Assembly (NCBI GenBank): GCA_046583315.1
Contig: JAYGCN010000108.1
Location: 1 to 39,564, forward strand
Direction: 5' to 3'
Length of the DNA: 39,564 nucleotides
DNA from: Candidatus Hydrogenedentota bacterium
GTDB lineage: Bacteria > Hydrogenedentota > Hydrogenedentia > Hydrogenedentales > GCA-2746185
Shown here: positions 38,959 to 39,564 of the stretch, in pieces
How the letters are laid out: each line of letters opens with the position of its first letter
Position numbering within the stretch: the stretch's first letter is position 1
The notes under the pieces: model-generated
What the model was told of the DNA's origin: nothing
Database searches by the model: none
The model's input: only the letters and a program-made list of their open reading frames with translations
Program-made: the position numbers and the translations under genes

Positions 38959-39564
38959 TTAGAGAGACTTGTCAGTTACTTTAAGGATTGCTTTCAGATT
39001 CGTCATCAGTTTTTCGAATACTTTCGGCTTGAGCGACTGAGGACCATCCGAGAACGCGTCCTCAGGATGGGGGTGGACTTCTATTTGCAGACCGTCCGCT
39101 CCAGCCGCCGCCGCCGCCAGCGCCATTGAAGATACATAATCCCAATGACCCGTGCCGTGACTCGGGTCGATGACAACCGGAAGATGCGTCAGTTTTTTCA
39201 AGACAGGGACCGCGCTCAAGTCCAAGGTATTGCGTGTCTCCGTTTCGAAGGTGCGAATGCCGCGCTCGCACATAATCACTTGGTGATTTCCTTCAGACAT
39301 GATGTATTCTGCCGACATCAGCCATTCGTTGATCGTGGACATCATGCCGCGCTTCAAGAAGATCGGCGTGTTTTTTTTGCCGACGGCCTTCAGCAAGCCA
39401 TAGTTCTGCATATTGCGCGCGCCAATCTGCAACACGTCCGCATAGTCGCAAACGAGATCAACTTGATCCGGCGTCATCACTTCGGTCACAAAAGGCATGT
39501 CCGTCGCCTCACTCGCCTCTTTCAGTAATTTCAATCCGCCTTCTTCCATGCCCTGGAAGCTGTA
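38959..39564 (-). CDS. aroF: DAHP synthase type I-beta, 5' part outside the window
   Basis: [52 protein letters not shown]. Confidence 0.93.
   Translation of the reverse strand, partial: YSFQGMEEGGLKLLKEASEATDMPFVTEVMTPDQVDLVCDYADVLQIGARNMQNYGLLKAVGKKNTPIFLKRGMMSTINEWLMSAEYIMSEGNHQVIMCERGIRTFETETRNTLDLSAVPVLKKLTHLPVVIDPSHGTGHWDYVSSMALAAAAAGADGLQIEVHPHPEDAFSDGPQSLKPKVFEKLMTNLKAILKVTDKSL

Overview
This is a gene-dense, mostly housekeeping bacterial chromosome segment that appears to span the replication origin. I found no tRNA, rRNA, CRISPR array, integrase or transposase. Left to right: thiL (partial), stand-alone nnrD, a TRAM-less RlmD-type methyltransferase, two tandem sorbosone-dehydrogenase-family paralogs, serA, icd, a sensor-less histidine kinase, a SIMPL/PIG-L/lipoprotein cluster, a divergent short metG, a TPR/Zn-ribbon/repeat protein, serS, parB-parA, a DinB protein, an alpha/beta-hydrolase, MoxR-DUF58-transglutaminase, an FG-GAP propeller with pdxA, a single-domain MazG, a DnaA-box cluster, dnaA-def-recR, thiG, a lone sigma28-type flgK, an ExeA/ExeB-like pair, rluB, scpB and a partial DAHP synthase. 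I cannot point to an unambiguous new multi-gene system. The best leads are: (1) an alpha/beta-hydrolase with Gly at the nucleophile position, upstream of the MoxR/transglutaminase operon; (2) a duplicated dehydrogenase with a remodelled active-site loop; (3) a MetRS with non-canonical motifs; (4) an atypical oriC neighbourhood with phased DnaA boxes, a folded element and no dnaN/rpmH; (5) a structured serA leader; (6) a TPR/Zn-ribbon/27-aa-repeat protein. All calls come from reading motifs by eye; no searches or folding programs were run.
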